Of a stretch of DNA of 64,000 nt, positions 1 through 9,647 are shown one piece after another. The notes under the pieces are model-generated. The model saw nothing but the letters and a program-made list of their open reading frames with translations, made no database searches and was not told where the DNA came from. The stretch comes from Candidatus Auribacterota bacterium. Lineage in GTDB: Bacteria; Auribacterota; Tritonobacteria; UBA1439. The translations under genes were made by a program, and so were the position numbers. The DNA is taken from assembly GCA_026392035.1 (NCBI GenBank), contig JAPLCX010000083.1, forward strand, positions 4,597 to 68,596, given 5' to 3'. Position 1 is the first letter of the stretch; every line of letters starts with the position of its first letter.

Positions 1-8
1 AATCGCGC

Positions 9-911
9 TCACTCGAAATGCGAGAGGGGCATGAACTCGCGGTAGCGCTCGCCTATCGCTTTCTCCGTGAGCGTCTTCATCCTGTCGAGGCTGAAATCCT
101 CGACGTTGAACGAGGCCATCACGCTCCCGTAGATCACCGCCTGGCGCATGGTATTCCATTCAGTGTTCCCCGCCCGCGACAGGTGCCCCATGAATCCGCC
201 GGCGAATGTATCGCCTGCCCCCGTGGGATCAATGATGTTTTCCATCGGGTACGCGGGCGCCGCGAAGATGTGGCCGTCGCCGAACAGCAGCGCGCCATGC
301 TCGCCCTTCTTGATGACCACCCACTCCGGACCCCACTCCCTGATCATCCTTCCCGCACGCACGAGGTTCGGCTGGCGCGTGAGCTGCCTCGCCTCCGCCT
401 CATTGAGCACGGCCACATCCACCATGCCCAGGAGCTTGAGGAGGGTATCCCGCTTCCCGTCGATCCAGAAATTCATGGTATCGCACGCCACGAGCCTAGG
501 CCGCTCGATCTGCCCGAGCACTTCCATCTGGAGATCGGGATCGATGTTGGCGAGAAAAACGCACTCGCTCTTCTTGTATTCCTCGGGGATCTCGGGCTTG
601 AAATTTTGGAACACGTTGAGGCATGTCGAGTGGGTTATCGCGGTGTTCATGTCATATCCGTAGGCTCCCACCCAGTGGAATGTCTCGCCGTCCAGCACCC
701 GTAACCCCCGCGTATCTATCCCGCGGGATTTGAGGAGCTCGATGTGCTCACGGGGGAAATCCTTGCCCACCACCGCGACCATATTGACCCGGTCAAAAAA
801 GCTCGCCGAGAAAGAGAAGAACGTCGCTGAACCGCCGAGCGTGCGCTCCCGCTTGCCGAACGGGGTTTCCACCGTATCGAGGGCCACGGAACCGACCACG
901 AGAATGCTCAC
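9..911 (-). CDS. PfkB/ribokinase family carbohydrate or nucleoside kinase
   Basis: N-terminal VVGSVALD..GGSA motif and C-terminal PfkB signature DPTGAGDTFAGGF; overlaps the thiC stop by 4 bp. Confidence 0.9.
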   Translation of the reverse strand: MSILVVGSVALDTVETPFGKRERTLGGSATFFSFSASFFDRVNMVAVVGKDFPREHIELLKSRGIDTRGLRVLDGETFHWVGAYGYDMNTAITHSTCLNVFQNFKPEIPEEYKKSECVFLANIDPDLQMEVLGQIERPRLVACDTMNFWIDGKRDTLLKLLGMVDVAVLNEAEARQLTRQPNLVRAGRMIREWGPEWVVIKKGEHGALLFGDGHIFAAPAYPMENIIDPTGAGDTFAGGFMGHLSRAGNTEWNTMRQAVIYGSVMASFNVEDFSLDRMKTLTEKAIGERYREFMPLSHFE

Positions 912-2287
912 TCAACCTCCTCAGTTTGGGATTTGGGACCCGCCTGAGGCGGGTAAATTTGGGACTTGCCCGCCGAATGGCGGGTTTGGGATTTTTTAAA
1001 ATATTCCTCGACCAGCTTTATCGAGCAGTAGTCACCGCACATGGTGCAGACATCCGAGCTGCGCGAAGGGCTCGCTGCACGTATCGATTCGGCCCTGCGC
1101 GTGTCCAGGGCGAGCGCAATCATCCCCTCCCAGTCCCTCTGCTTGCGTTTTTTTGCCATGGCCAGGTCCCAGCCGGCCGCCCCGCGGATGCCCTTGGCGA
1201 TGTCCGCCGCGTGCGCCGCGATTCTCGTCGTGATGACTCCCTCCCTCACATCCGCGGGCCCCGGCAGGCCAAGGTGCTCCGTGGAGGTTACGTAGCAGAG
1301 GTAATCCGCGCCGGCACTCGCCGCGATCGCTCCGCCGATGGCCGAGGTGATGTGATCATACCCGGGGGCCACATCGGTCACCAGCGGCCCGAGGACGTAG
1401 AACGGCGCGCCATGACAGACCTCTTTCTCGAGCTTGACATTTTCCTCGATCTTCCCGATCGGCACGTGCCCCGGTCCCTCAATCATCACCTGCACGCCCT
1501 CCCTCAGCGCGTACGTTTGGAGCTCCCCCAGCGTGATCAATTCCTGAAACTGCGCCCGGTCGTTGGCGTCCGCGAGGCAGCCGGGCCTCATCCCGTCGCC
1601 GAGGCTCAGCGTCATGTCATGCTGCGCGGCGAGCTCGACCAGGCGGCTGAAATCGCTGTAGAGCGGGTTCTCTTTCCCATTGGCGATCATCCATGTCACA
1701 AGAAACGCTCCCCCGCGGCTCACCACGTCCAGGATGCGCCCCTCTCGCTTGAGCCGCTCGAGGGCCGAAAGGGTCACGCCGCAGTGGACAGTGATGAAAT
1801 CCACTCCATCCACCCCATGCTCCTCGATGGCGGCGAACATCTCGTCAGCGGTCATGCTCCCGATGCCGCCCCCGGCCCTGGCGCGACGTACCGCCGCCTG
1901 ATATATGGGGACCGTCCCGAGCGGAACGGTGCACGCGGCGAGCAGTTTCCTCCGTATCCCGGGCAGGTCGCCCCCCGTGGAGAGATCCATCACCGTATCG
2001 GCGAGCGCGTCGAGGGCCGCGTCGAGCTTCTCGCGTTCACGCGCCTCGTCCGCAACATCCATCGAGGTGCCGATGTTCGCGTTGACCTTCGTCCTCAACC
2101 CCTTCCCGATTCCGCACTGTCGGGCGATCCGATGGCGTCGGTTGTGGGGTATTACCACCGTGCCCCCGGCGACGGATTCCATGAGGGCCTCTGGAGGCAC
2201 ACCCTCGATCTCGGCCACCGCCCGCACCTCCTCGGTCAGATTGCCGCGCTTCGCCTCGACAACCTGCAGGATTTTTTTGTTCTTCAT
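908..2287 (-). CDS. thiC: Phosphomethylpyrimidine synthase ThiC (short form)
   Basis: KVNANIGTS, DTVMDLSTGG, GTVPIYQA, SLGDGMRPG, EGPGHVP, GYDHITSAIG and CTMCGDYC Fe-S motif; adjacent to thiE. Confidence 0.92.
   Translation of the reverse strand: MKNKKILQVVEAKRGNLTEEVRAVAEIEGVPPEALMESVAGGTVVIPHNRRHRIARQCGIGKGLRTKVNANIGTSMDVADEAREREKLDAALDALADTVMDLSTGGDLPGIRRKLLAACTVPLGTVPIYQAAVRRARAGGGIGSMTADEMFAAIEEHGVDGVDFITVHCGVTLSALERLKREGRILDVVSRGGAFLVTWMIANGKENPLYSDFSRLVELAAQHDMTLSLGDGMRPGCLADANDRAQFQELITLGELQTYALREGVQVMIEGPGHVPIGKIEENVKLEKEVCHGAPFYVLGPLVTDVAPGYDHITSAIGGAIAASAGADYLCYVTSTEHLGLPGPADVREGVITTRIAAHAADIAKGIRGAAGWDLAMAKKRKQRDWEGMIALALDTRRAESIRAASPSRSSDVCTMCGDYCSIKLVEEYFKKSQTRHSAGKSQIYPPQAGPKSQTEEVE
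925..995. repeat. TTTGGGA heptamers with two nested CCCGCC..GGCGGG palindromes, inside the thiC 3' end
   Basis: tttgggatttggga cccgcctgaggcgggt aaatttgggactt gcccgccgaatggcggg tttgggatttt. Confidence 0.75.
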
Positions 2288-2294
2288 ATATCAA

Positions 2295-2396
2295 TTTTCA
2301 CCACGGACCTGCCTGCCGGCGGGCAGGGACACGGAGTGCACGGAGAAGTAGAATTTAAGATGTTTTTATCTCCGCGTCATTCGTATCTCCGTGGTG
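2295..2396. repeat. Inverted-arm element (CACGGAG-type units) with nested CCTGCCTGCCGGCGGGCAGG palindrome
   Basis: caccacgga...tccgtggtg ends; 2295-2348 matches the reverse complement of 58999-59052 at 51/54. Confidence 0.85.
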
Positions 2397-2400
2397 CATA

Positions 2401-3039
2401 TTATTTCTCTCTAAATGCTCTTATTTCTTCCAGGAGGGCGCGGGCGACCGCAGCGGGATCAGGGGCGGATAGTATTGCCGAAGCCACCGCGATTCCCGTC
2501 GCGCCCGCACCCAGGACGTCGCTTACCCGTGGGCGCGTGATGCCCCCGACGGCGATCACCGGGAGCTTTACCCTCCGGGTTATCTCGGCGAGCCTCGCCA
2601 CTCCGACAACGCGCGCATCCGGCTTCGTGCGCGTTTGATATATCGCGCCGACACCAAGATAATCGGCCCCCTCGGCCTCAGCCCTCTCTGCCTCTTCCAC
2701 CAGCCGCGTGCTGCAACCGATGATCTTATCTTTCCCGAGGGTGCGCCGCGCCGCGACGACGGCCATATCGCCCTGGCCGAGGTGAACCCCATCGGCGCCG
2801 AGACGTGATGCGATATCCGCGCGATCATTCACAATGAGCCGAGCGCCAGCCTCTCGGCAGAGGGGGAGCATGCTGCTGACCGCGCGAGCGATTTCACCGT
2901 CTCCCGAGCACTTGTCCCTGTACTGGAACCACCTCACACCGGCATTGATGAGGGAATAGACTAGATCCTCTAGTCCCTTTTTAATGTATATTCCCCTATC
3001 GATAATCACACATAGATTAAAGGAAGGCACTACTATCAT
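2401..3039 (-). CDS. thiE: Thiamine-phosphate synthase ThiE
   Basis: QYRDK, LIVNDRADIA, GVHLGQGD, ADYLGVGAIYQTRTK and AVGGIT motifs; start set at MIVVP because the upstream extension runs through a REP doublet. Confidence 0.93.
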   Translation of the reverse strand: MIVVPSFNLCVIIDRGIYIKKGLEDLVYSLINAGVRWFQYRDKCSGDGEIARAVSSMLPLCREAGARLIVNDRADIASRLGADGVHLGQGDMAVVAARRTLGKDKIIGCSTRLVEEAERAEAEGADYLGVGAIYQTRTKPDARVVGVARLAEITRRVKLPVIAVGGITRPRVSDVLGAGATGIAVASAILSAPDPAAVARALLEEIRAFREK

Positions 3040-3084
3040 ATCTCGATTTTTTACGCGACACCGTTGAAGCTTTTTCACTCGCCT

Positions 3085-3150
3085 GTAGGGGCTTGATTTA
3101 TCAAGCCCGTCACCCATATATAATGCGGGTTCGATAAATCGAACCCCTAC
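3085..3150. repeat. GTAG-type REP doublet (REPIN-like)
   Basis: GTAG-GGGCTTGAT-TT-ATCAAGCCC (3085-3108) and inverted partner GGGTTCGAT-AA-ATCGAACCC-CTAC (3127-3150), with compensatory stem differences. Confidence 0.85.
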
Positions 3151-3188
3151 AATGAGAGACATATAATTCTGAAACAATAATCCCTAAT

Positions 3189-3686
3189 CTATTTCTTGGT
3201 TTTGATCACAATACCTATATCTTTAATTTCCTCTATGATACCTGTGGTGGACCGCCCTTTCACGAGAGGGATAATCGCCACGCGCCCTCCTGACGCTTCA
3301 ACTATTTCTTTCCCCACGACTTCCTCCGCCCGATAGTCCCCCCCCTTTACAAGAATATCCGGCCTGAGTTCCGCGATGAGCTCTGCGGGGGTATCCTCGC
3401 CGAAAACCGTCACGTAGTCAACCATCTCAAGCGCCGCGAGCACCTCCGCCCGCTCACGCTCCCCGACAAGGGGGCGGCCTGCGCCCTTCAGCCGCCGCAC
3501 CGACCTGTCGCTGTTCATGCCGATCACCAGGATGTCACCCAGCGCTCTCGCCTCACTGAGATAGCGCACGTGCCCCACGTGGAGAATGTCAAAACAGCCG
3601 TTGGTGAACACAACGCGCCTCCCCGCACGCTGGAGTTTCCGCACGATGGCGCGGAGCTTCGTCCTACTCGCTATTTTATCCTTCAT
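3189..3686 (-). CDS. rfaE2: D-glycero-beta-D-manno-heptose 1-phosphate adenylyltransferase (RfaE domain II / HldC)
   Basis: [40 protein letters not shown]. Confidence 0.93.
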   Translation of the reverse strand: MKDKIASRTKLRAIVRKLQRAGRRVVFTNGCFDILHVGHVRYLSEARALGDILVIGMNSDRSVRRLKGAGRPLVGERERAEVLAALEMVDYVTVFGEDTPAELIAELRPDILVKGGDYRAEEVVGKEIVEASGGRVAIIPLVKGRSTTGIIEEIKDIGIVIKTKK

Positions 3687-3793
3687 GGGTTTATTACTCG
3701 GACACATGAACGCGCCTAGATAGCTGGAACACGATGATGCGGGTAACAGCGTGGCCACTCGTAGATTACAATCCCCGATGTCCCCCCTGTATC

Positions 3794-3819
3794 GTAGCGC
3801 ACCCTTAAGGGTGCGCTAC
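3794..3819. repeat. Perfect 26-bp palindrome starting with GTAG (REP-like)
   Basis: gtagcgcacccttaagggtgcgctac is its own reverse complement. Confidence 0.8.
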
Positions 3820-3888
3820 AGACTTAAACGATGTGAGAGCCCGCGCCTATCGATTCATGATCCGGGGCACCACCGGACATTTCTGCTT

Positions 3889-4455
3889 TTAGAAGAGCGC
3901 CTTCTCGATCAGGGAGCAGAGTATATGACCGATCGCCCCATGCACCTCCTGGATGCGGGGAGAGACGTCTGAGGGGACCATGACACAGAGATCGGCGGCC
4001 CGCGCGAGCCTTCCGCCGCCCTTGCCGCTCAAGGCGATCACCTTCATTTTCAATCGCCTGGCCTGCTCGACAGCCTTGAGGATGTTGGGAGAGTTGCCGC
4101 TCGTGGATATCGCGAGCAAGACGTCCCCCTCCCTGCCGTGGGCCAGCACCTGGCGCGCGAATATTTCCTCGTACCCGTAGTCGTTCCCGATGGCGGTGAG
4201 CACCGAGGTGTCAGTGGTCAGGGCGATGCAGCTCAGGGGCTCCCGCTCCTTGAGGAACCGCCCCACCAGCTCACCCGCCAGATGCTGTGCGTCAGCGGCG
4301 CTGCCTCCATTCCCGCAGATGAGCAGCGTGCCGTTCTGACGGTACGATTCGATTACGAGTTCGGCCATCCGGCAGATGGTATCAGCCGATTCCCGCGCCA
4401 CCCTCGACGCGAGAGAAGCCGACTCCTCGAGCTGTGCCGCTATGTCCTTTTTCAT
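3889..4455 (-). CDS. gmhA: D-sedoheptulose 7-phosphate isomerase
   Basis: CGNGGSAADAQH, TAIGNDYG, ISTSGNSPN, RIQEVH. Confidence 0.95.
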   Translation of the reverse strand: MKKDIAAQLEESASLASRVARESADTICRMAELVIESYRQNGTLLICGNGGSAADAQHLAGELVGRFLKEREPLSCIALTTDTSVLTAIGNDYGYEEIFARQVLAHGREGDVLLAISTSGNSPNILKAVEQARRLKMKVIALSGKGGGRLARAADLCVMVPSDVSPRIQEVHGAIGHILCSLIEKALF

Positions 4456-4456
4456 C

Positions 4457-5482
4457 TCAGATGAAGAACATGCGCGCTTCGTCATAGAGCTCCCTTGGCA
4501 CCGTCCTCAGCTTTGCAACCGCGTCAGCGAGGGGGACGGACACCACCTCGTTACCCCTCAGGCTCACCATCCTGCCGAACGCGCCCTGCATGATCAACCC
4601 GACGGCGTGAACCCCGAAGCGGAGGCCGATGAATCGGTCGAGGGCGGTCGGGCTGCCTCCGCGCTGGAGGTGCCCCAGGACCACGCAGCGGGTCTCGTAC
4701 CCCGTGCGCTTCTCTATCTCCCATGCCAACCGCTCACCGATGCCGCCGAGCCTGACATGGCCAAAGGCGTCCCGTTCCTCGGTCTGCAGCGCCACGCTAC
4801 CCCCGAGCTCAGCCCCCTCCGCGACGGCCACAATGCTGAAATCGGCGTAGTGCTCGTGCCGCTCCCTGAGCACGCGGCAGAGATCATCCAGATCGGCCTT
4901 GACCTCGGGGATGAGGATGTAGCTGGCGGCGCCCGCCAGGCCTGCCCAGATGGTGATCCACCCCGCGTGCCGCCCCATAATCTCAACAACCATCACGCGC
5001 TCGTGTGATTCCGCGGTTGTCTTCAAGCGGTCGCACGCCTCCATGGCGGTGTTGACGGCGGTGTCAAAACCGAATGTCCTGTCCGTCCCCGACAGGTCGT
5101 TGTCGATTGTCTTGGGCACGCCCACCGCGGGAAGGCCTGCCTCAGACAACCTCTTGGCGGCCCCGAGCGTGTCATCGCCGCCAACCGCCACGAGGGCGTG
5201 AAGCCCCATCTTCTTGAAGTTGTCCATTACCAGGCGAATCTGATCATCGCTCTCGCATGGATTGGTGCGTGATGTACGGAGGATTGTCCCGCCCTGGCAC
5301 ACAATGCCGAGGATGTCCTTCATCGAAAGCTCAACCCGGTCACACTCCAGCATGCCTCGCCAGCCGTGCCGTATCCCCAGAACCCTGTACCCCTCAACCG
5401 TGGCTCTGCGCACCACCCCCGCGATCACCGCATTCAATCCGGGGCAGTCGCCGCCCCCCGTCAGAATCCCTATTGTCTTCAT
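4457..5482 (-). CDS. pfkA: 6-phosphofructokinase (group III, PPi-type signature)
   Basis: TGGGDCPGLNA, GGTILRTSR, GGDDT, VPKTIDND, EIMGRHAGW, LGHLQRGG. Confidence 0.92.
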   Translation of the reverse strand: MKTIGILTGGGDCPGLNAVIAGVVRRATVEGYRVLGIRHGWRGMLECDRVELSMKDILGIVCQGGTILRTSRTNPCESDDQIRLVMDNFKKMGLHALVAVGGDDTLGAAKRLSEAGLPAVGVPKTIDNDLSGTDRTFGFDTAVNTAMEACDRLKTTAESHERVMVVEIMGRHAGWITIWAGLAGAASYILIPEVKADLDDLCRVLRERHEHYADFSIVAVAEGAELGGSVALQTEERDAFGHVRLGGIGERLAWEIEKRTGYETRCVVLGHLQRGGSPTALDRFIGLRFGVHAVGLIMQGAFGRMVSLRGNEVVSVPLADAVAKLRTVPRELYDEARMFFI

Positions 5483-5561
5483 GCCAACTCCCCCTACTGG
5501 ATAATGACAGATGACAAAGCGCAAAGAACAAATATTATTTGATCCGTTGTTCTGTCGCTCG

Positions 5562-6125
5562 TCAGAGCTGCTCATCCGCTGATTCGGCTGCCTCTTCGCC
5601 GCTGCCCACGATCTTCCCTATGCTCACGCCCACATAGCTCACATTGATGCCCAGGGAGTCCTGAACCTTCGTCTTGACGGCATTCTGCATCTCCTCGCTC
5701 AGCCTGGGGATGTTCGTTCCCGCCCACACATCGAGGCGGATGTCGATGCCGATCCCCTCCGGCCCAGCGTGGATCCTCGGCACCAGACTCTTTATCCCAT
5801 GGAACTCGCTCCCGCTGCGCTTGATAAAGTCCTCAACCGCATCCATCGAAATGGCCACCTCGCCTCCGGGGTTGTCAAAAGCGATGCACTGCTCCCGCCT
5901 GAGCTCCCTCATCTTCAGCATAATCATACCGGCACCGATCGCAAGGAGCGCCAGGCCCAATCGCCAGTTCCAGGGGCTAGAGCTGAAAAGCCGCACCGTG
6001 GCCACGAGATCAAAGGGCATCGCGACGATACCCTTCTCAGCGAGGAACGCCCAGATAAAAATGACGCCGAGGAAGAGTGAACCCGCGATAAATATCACCA
6101 CAATGACCGGCCGTATCAGTTTCAT
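5562..6125 (-). CDS. Alkaline shock response membrane anchor AmaP-like protein
   Basis: Two N-terminal TM helices, then NPGGEVAISMDAVE and IPRLSEEMQNAVK; follows accC. Confidence 0.7.
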   Translation of the reverse strand: MKLIRPVIVVIFIAGSLFLGVIFIWAFLAEKGIVAMPFDLVATVRLFSSSPWNWRLGLALLAIGAGMIMLKMRELRREQCIAFDNPGGEVAISMDAVEDFIKRSGSEFHGIKSLVPRIHAGPEGIGIDIRLDVWAGTNIPRLSEEMQNAVKTKVQDSLGINVSYVGVSIGKIVGSGEEAAESADEQL

Positions 6126-6216
6126 TTCGCCTTCTCCCGTTGTATAGTATCACACACCAGAACGCCCGCGTGCCTGCCGCCGCGGTGCGCACGGAGTGCC
6201 CACGCGGCGAGACCAC

Positions 6217-7578
6217 CTACGCCCTCTTCTTCTTCTGCACCTCAACAAGTTCGTCGACAAAATCCGTGTAATATTTGCCTCTGCGGAACCGTGGGTCGCT
6301 CAGGATGAGCCGGTGCAGGGGGATCGTTGTCTTCACTCCTTCAATGATATACTCGTCGAGCGCCCGCCGCATCCGGTTGATCGCGCTCTCCCTGCTGTGC
6401 CCGACGCAGATGACCTTGCCCACCATCGAATCGTAGTATGAGGGGATCTCATAGCCGGCATACACATGGGAATCCACGCGAACCCCCGGTCCCCCGGGGG
6501 CACTGTAGGCTGTTACCCTCCCGGCACAGGGAGCAAAGTCTCTCTCCCAATCCTCAGCGTTGACGCGGCACTCAATCGCGTGGCCGAAAAGAACCACGCC
6601 ACTCTGCTGGAGCTTGAGCGCCTCGCCCTGGGCGATTCGCACCTGCTCCTTCACAATGTCAACCTGCGTGACAATCTCCGTCACGGGGTGCTCCACCTGA
6701 ATGCGCGTATTCATCTCAAGAAAATAGAAATAGTCATCCCTGTCGAGCAGGAATTCAACCGTCCCCGCGCTCACGTACCCGATCGCCTCCGCCACGCGCA
6801 CCGCCGCGCGCCCCATCTTCGCGCGCAGCCTGGGGGAGAGCCTGGGCGATGGCGATTCCTCGATGAGCTTCTGGTACCGCCGCTGAATGCTGCAATCCCT
6901 CTCATTGAGGTGAATCACGTTCCCGTGCGTATCCGCGAGAATCTGCACCTCTACATGCCGGGTACGATCGAGCCGCTTCTCGATGTAGACGGCGGGATTC
7001 CCGAAGCCGGCCTCCGATTCCGCCTGGGCAGTGAGGAACGCATTGGCGAGGCTCACGTCGTTATGAGCCATCCGCATCCCCCGGCCGCCGCCGCCGGCGA
7101 CCGCCTTGATCATTACCGGATAGCCGATCCGCCTGGCCACGGCGAGCGCATTGTCGCGATCGCTCACCACACCCTCGCTGCCCGGCAGTATGGAGATGCC
7201 CGCTTTTTTCACCGTCTTGAGGGCTTCCACCTTATCGCCCATCAGCCGCATATTCTCAGGCCTCGGCCCGATGAACCTGATGCCGCAGCTCTCGCATATT
7301 TCGGCGAAATGCGCGTTCTCCGCCAGGAAGCCGTAACCCGGATGGATGGCTTCGACATCCGCGATCTCCGCGGCGCTGATGATCGCGGCGATATTCAGAT
7401 AACTCTTCGCGCTCTGCGCCGGGCCGATGCATATCGCCTCATCGGCCTGCCGGACATGCATGGAATTCACATCCGCTTCTGAGTACACCGCCACCGTGCG
7501 GATCCCGAGTTCCTTGCACGCCCGGATGATCCGAAGGGCAATCTCGCCACGGTTTGCGATCAAAATCTTTTCGAACAT
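6217..7578 (-). CDS. accC: Acetyl-CoA carboxylase biotin carboxylase subunit
   Basis: [49 protein letters not shown]. Confidence 0.97.
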   Translation of the reverse strand: MFEKILIANRGEIALRIIRACKELGIRTVAVYSEADVNSMHVRQADEAICIGPAQSAKSYLNIAAIISAAEIADVEAIHPGYGFLAENAHFAEICESCGIRFIGPRPENMRLMGDKVEALKTVKKAGISILPGSEGVVSDRDNALAVARRIGYPVMIKAVAGGGGRGMRMAHNDVSLANAFLTAQAESEAGFGNPAVYIEKRLDRTRHVEVQILADTHGNVIHLNERDCSIQRRYQKLIEESPSPRLSPRLRAKMGRAAVRVAEAIGYVSAGTVEFLLDRDDYFYFLEMNTRIQVEHPVTEIVTQVDIVKEQVRIAQGEALKLQQSGVVLFGHAIECRVNAEDWERDFAPCAGRVTAYSAPGGPGVRVDSHVYAGYEIPSYYDSMVGKVICVGHSRESAINRMRRALDEYIIEGVKTTIPLHRLILSDPRFRRGKYYTDFVDELVEVQKKKRA

Positions 7579-7629
7579 ACCCTCACCTCAGCGCGGCGCT
7601 CGCAGATTACTTCGAGCGCGCAATCGCGC

Positions 7630-8076
7630 TCATCCCACGCTGATCCTGAAGAGCTTTTTCCCAAACTCGACCGCCTCTCCGTTTTCCACGAACGCCTCGA
7701 GGATTTTACCCTTCCTCTCTGACTTGATCTCGTTCATGACCTTCATCGCCTCGATGATACAGACAACCGTCTCTCCGTCAACTTCCTGGCCGACCTCCAC
7801 AAAGGGGCGGGAGTCAAGGGAGGGCGCAGAATAAAAAGTCCCGACCATCGGTGAGACGATGAACGCGCCCTCCGGTTCCTTGGTCCCCACGGTCGGAGGG
7901 GGGGGAGACGACACCCCCGGTGCGATCGGCAATGCAACCTGCGTGATCGCCGGGCCCTTTTCGAACTGCGGCCCCTTCCTGATAGAGAGCTTGAAACCCT
8001 CCCGCTCGATCACAAACTCGGTAATCTCATTCTCGTTCATGAGCGTGACAATATCCTTGATCTCTTTTATGTTCAT
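7630..8076 (-). CDS. accB: Biotin carboxyl carrier protein
   Basis: SPMVGTFY, EAMKVMNEI biotinylation motif, Pro-rich linker. Confidence 0.96.
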   Translation of the reverse strand: MNIKEIKDIVTLMNENEITEFVIEREGFKLSIRKGPQFEKGPAITQVALPIAPGVSSPPPPTVGTKEPEGAFIVSPMVGTFYSAPSLDSRPFVEVGQEVDGETVVCIIEAMKVMNEIKSERKGKILEAFVENGEAVEFGKKLFRISVG

Positions 8077-9158
8077 AGCACACTTTCCTCTATCCCTTTC
8101 GCCGAGGACGTCAACACCCTGCAACCGCCTGCTTCAACCAGCACCATATCCTCGATCCTCACGCCTCCCCACCCGGGCATGTAGATTCCCGGCTCCACGG
8201 TGCACACCATGCCCGCCTCCAGCGTTTCCAGGCTCTTGCGGTTGAGCCGGGGGGCCTCATGCACCTCGAGGCCAAGGCCGTGCCCGAGACCATGCCCGAA
8301 ATGGCGCTCGAATCCCCTCGAAGCGATGTGCTCGCGGGCGCAGGCGTCAACGGACGAGGCTGCTGCCCCTGGTCTAATTTCTTTCAGCGCAAGTTGTTGC
8401 GCTTCCAGCACTATCCCGTAGATCTCACGGTACCGTTTCGTTAATTTACCCAATTGAAATGTGCGAGTCAAGTCGGAATTATACCCGCCCACCTCGAGGC
8501 CGAAATCGATCAGGAGCGGCTTCCCCCGGCTCAGCCTGTACCTGCTGCATCTGTAATGCGGCATGGCGGCTCTCGAACCGGACGCGACAATAGGACGGAA
8601 TGCCAGCGCGTCAGCGCCAGCTGTTCGGGCGTTGTATTCCAGGCGCGTCTCCACCTCTCGCTCCGTCATGCCTGCCCTGATCTCCCCGAGACAGCAGGAG
8701 AGAACATTGTCTGTCATGCGCGCCAGCCGGAGGATCAGTGCGATCTCCTCTTTGTCCTTGAGCATCCTCAGGCGCTCCACCATCGCCCCTGCGGGATAGA
8801 GCCGGCAGGCCCCTGAGAGCGCGCGTTTCATCTCACGGTAACTCCCGTAGGAGAGCGAGGCCGGTTCAAATCCAAGCTGCGTGAGATTAAGACTGCGCAC
8901 CCGCGCGGCGAGCTGTGGGAACAGTTCACCGGCGCCCACCGTCGCCACGTCAAATCCCCGAATCTCTCCGCGGGCCTGAAGCTGGTAGCGGAAATCCGTA
9001 AAGAAGAGGCAGCCCGCTGAGGAGACGAGGCAGCTCGCCGAGCTCCCGGTAAAACCGGTGAGGTAGCGGATATTCGGGATGCTCGTGACGAAGAGGCTCT
9101 CCAGGCCGTGCGATTCCAGAAGCGCGACGAGGCTTTTGAGACGCCTATTGTGTGCCAT
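8073..9158 (-). CDS. Xaa-Pro peptidase (M24 family)
   Basis: [50 protein letters not shown]. Confidence 0.93.
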   Translation of the reverse strand: MAHNRRLKSLVALLESHGLESLFVTSIPNIRYLTGFTGSSASCLVSSAGCLFFTDFRYQLQARGEIRGFDVATVGAGELFPQLAARVRSLNLTQLGFEPASLSYGSYREMKRALSGACRLYPAGAMVERLRMLKDKEEIALILRLARMTDNVLSCCLGEIRAGMTEREVETRLEYNARTAGADALAFRPIVASGSRAAMPHYRCSRYRLSRGKPLLIDFGLEVGGYNSDLTRTFQLGKLTKRYREIYGIVLEAQQLALKEIRPGAAASSVDACAREHIASRGFERHFGHGLGHGLGLEVHEAPRLNRKSLETLEAGMVCTVEPGIYMPGWGGVRIEDMVLVEAGGCRVLTSSAKGIEESVL

Positions 9159-9597
9159 GCGCACGATCTCTCAGGAGGGCCGCGGCGGCTCTAAATCCGA
9201 GGTAGTAGCTCAGCGCCCCGAATCCGGACACCTGCCCGACCGCCACAGGCGCGATGAGCGAGGTGTGGCGGAATTCCTCCCGCGCGTAGATGTTCGAGAG
9301 GTGCACCTCAACCGTGGGGATTTTTACGGAGAGAATGGCGTCCCTGATCGCGACGCTCGTGTGGGTGTAGGCCGCGGGGTTGATGAGAATCGCATCGCAC
9401 GCGCCCATCGCCCTGCCGATTCTGTCCACGATTTCACCCTCGTGGTTAGACTGGAAGATTTCAACGCCAATCCCCTCCTCGGCGGCGATCTTCTCCAGCG
9501 TCGCATCGATCTCCTCAAGGCGCGCATCTCCGTACACGTCCTTTTCCCTCACGCCGAGGAGCTGGAGATTGGGCCCATGGATAACCAGAATTTTCAT
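9145..9597 (-). CDS. aroQ: Type II 3-dehydroquinate dehydratase
   Basis: [43 protein letters not shown]. Confidence 0.96.
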   Translation of the reverse strand: MKILVIHGPNLQLLGVREKDVYGDARLEEIDATLEKIAAEEGIGVEIFQSNHEGEIVDRIGRAMGACDAILINPAAYTHTSVAIRDAILSVKIPTVEVHLSNIYAREEFRHTSLIAPVAVGQVSGFGALSYYLGFRAAAALLRDRAHGTQ

Positions 9598-9647
9598 ATC
9601 GTTCTCCCGCGTTTCGCTTCGGTAATGTCAAAAGATATTGTAAAGCA

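Noticed and set aside
9..911. PfkB kinase as heptose-7-phosphate kinase RfaE1/HldA
   Set aside because: It lacks the GD.MLD..RISPEAPVP signature.
908..2287. ThiC paralogue BzaA/B/F (benzimidazole synthesis)
   Set aside because: It is adjacent to thiE with no cobalamin genes nearby, so thiC is more parsimonious; a phylogeny is needed to exclude Bza fully.
2288..2400. TPP riboswitch upstream of thiC (also checked upstream of thiE and thiD)
   Set aside because: I found no CUGAGA...AUACCUG-like core; these spaces hold repeat elements or overlapping genes.
926..2638. 570-aa plus-strand ORF, and similar long antisense ORFs (6466-7482, 22830-23828, 57921-58721, 59601-60701)
   Set aside because: They are shadows of well-supported minus-strand genes in GC-rich DNA and carry no recognisable motifs.
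7595..7622. GCGCTCG...CGAGCGC hairpin between accB and accC as a terminator
   Set aside because: Short stem, no U-tract, and inside an expected co-transcribed pair.
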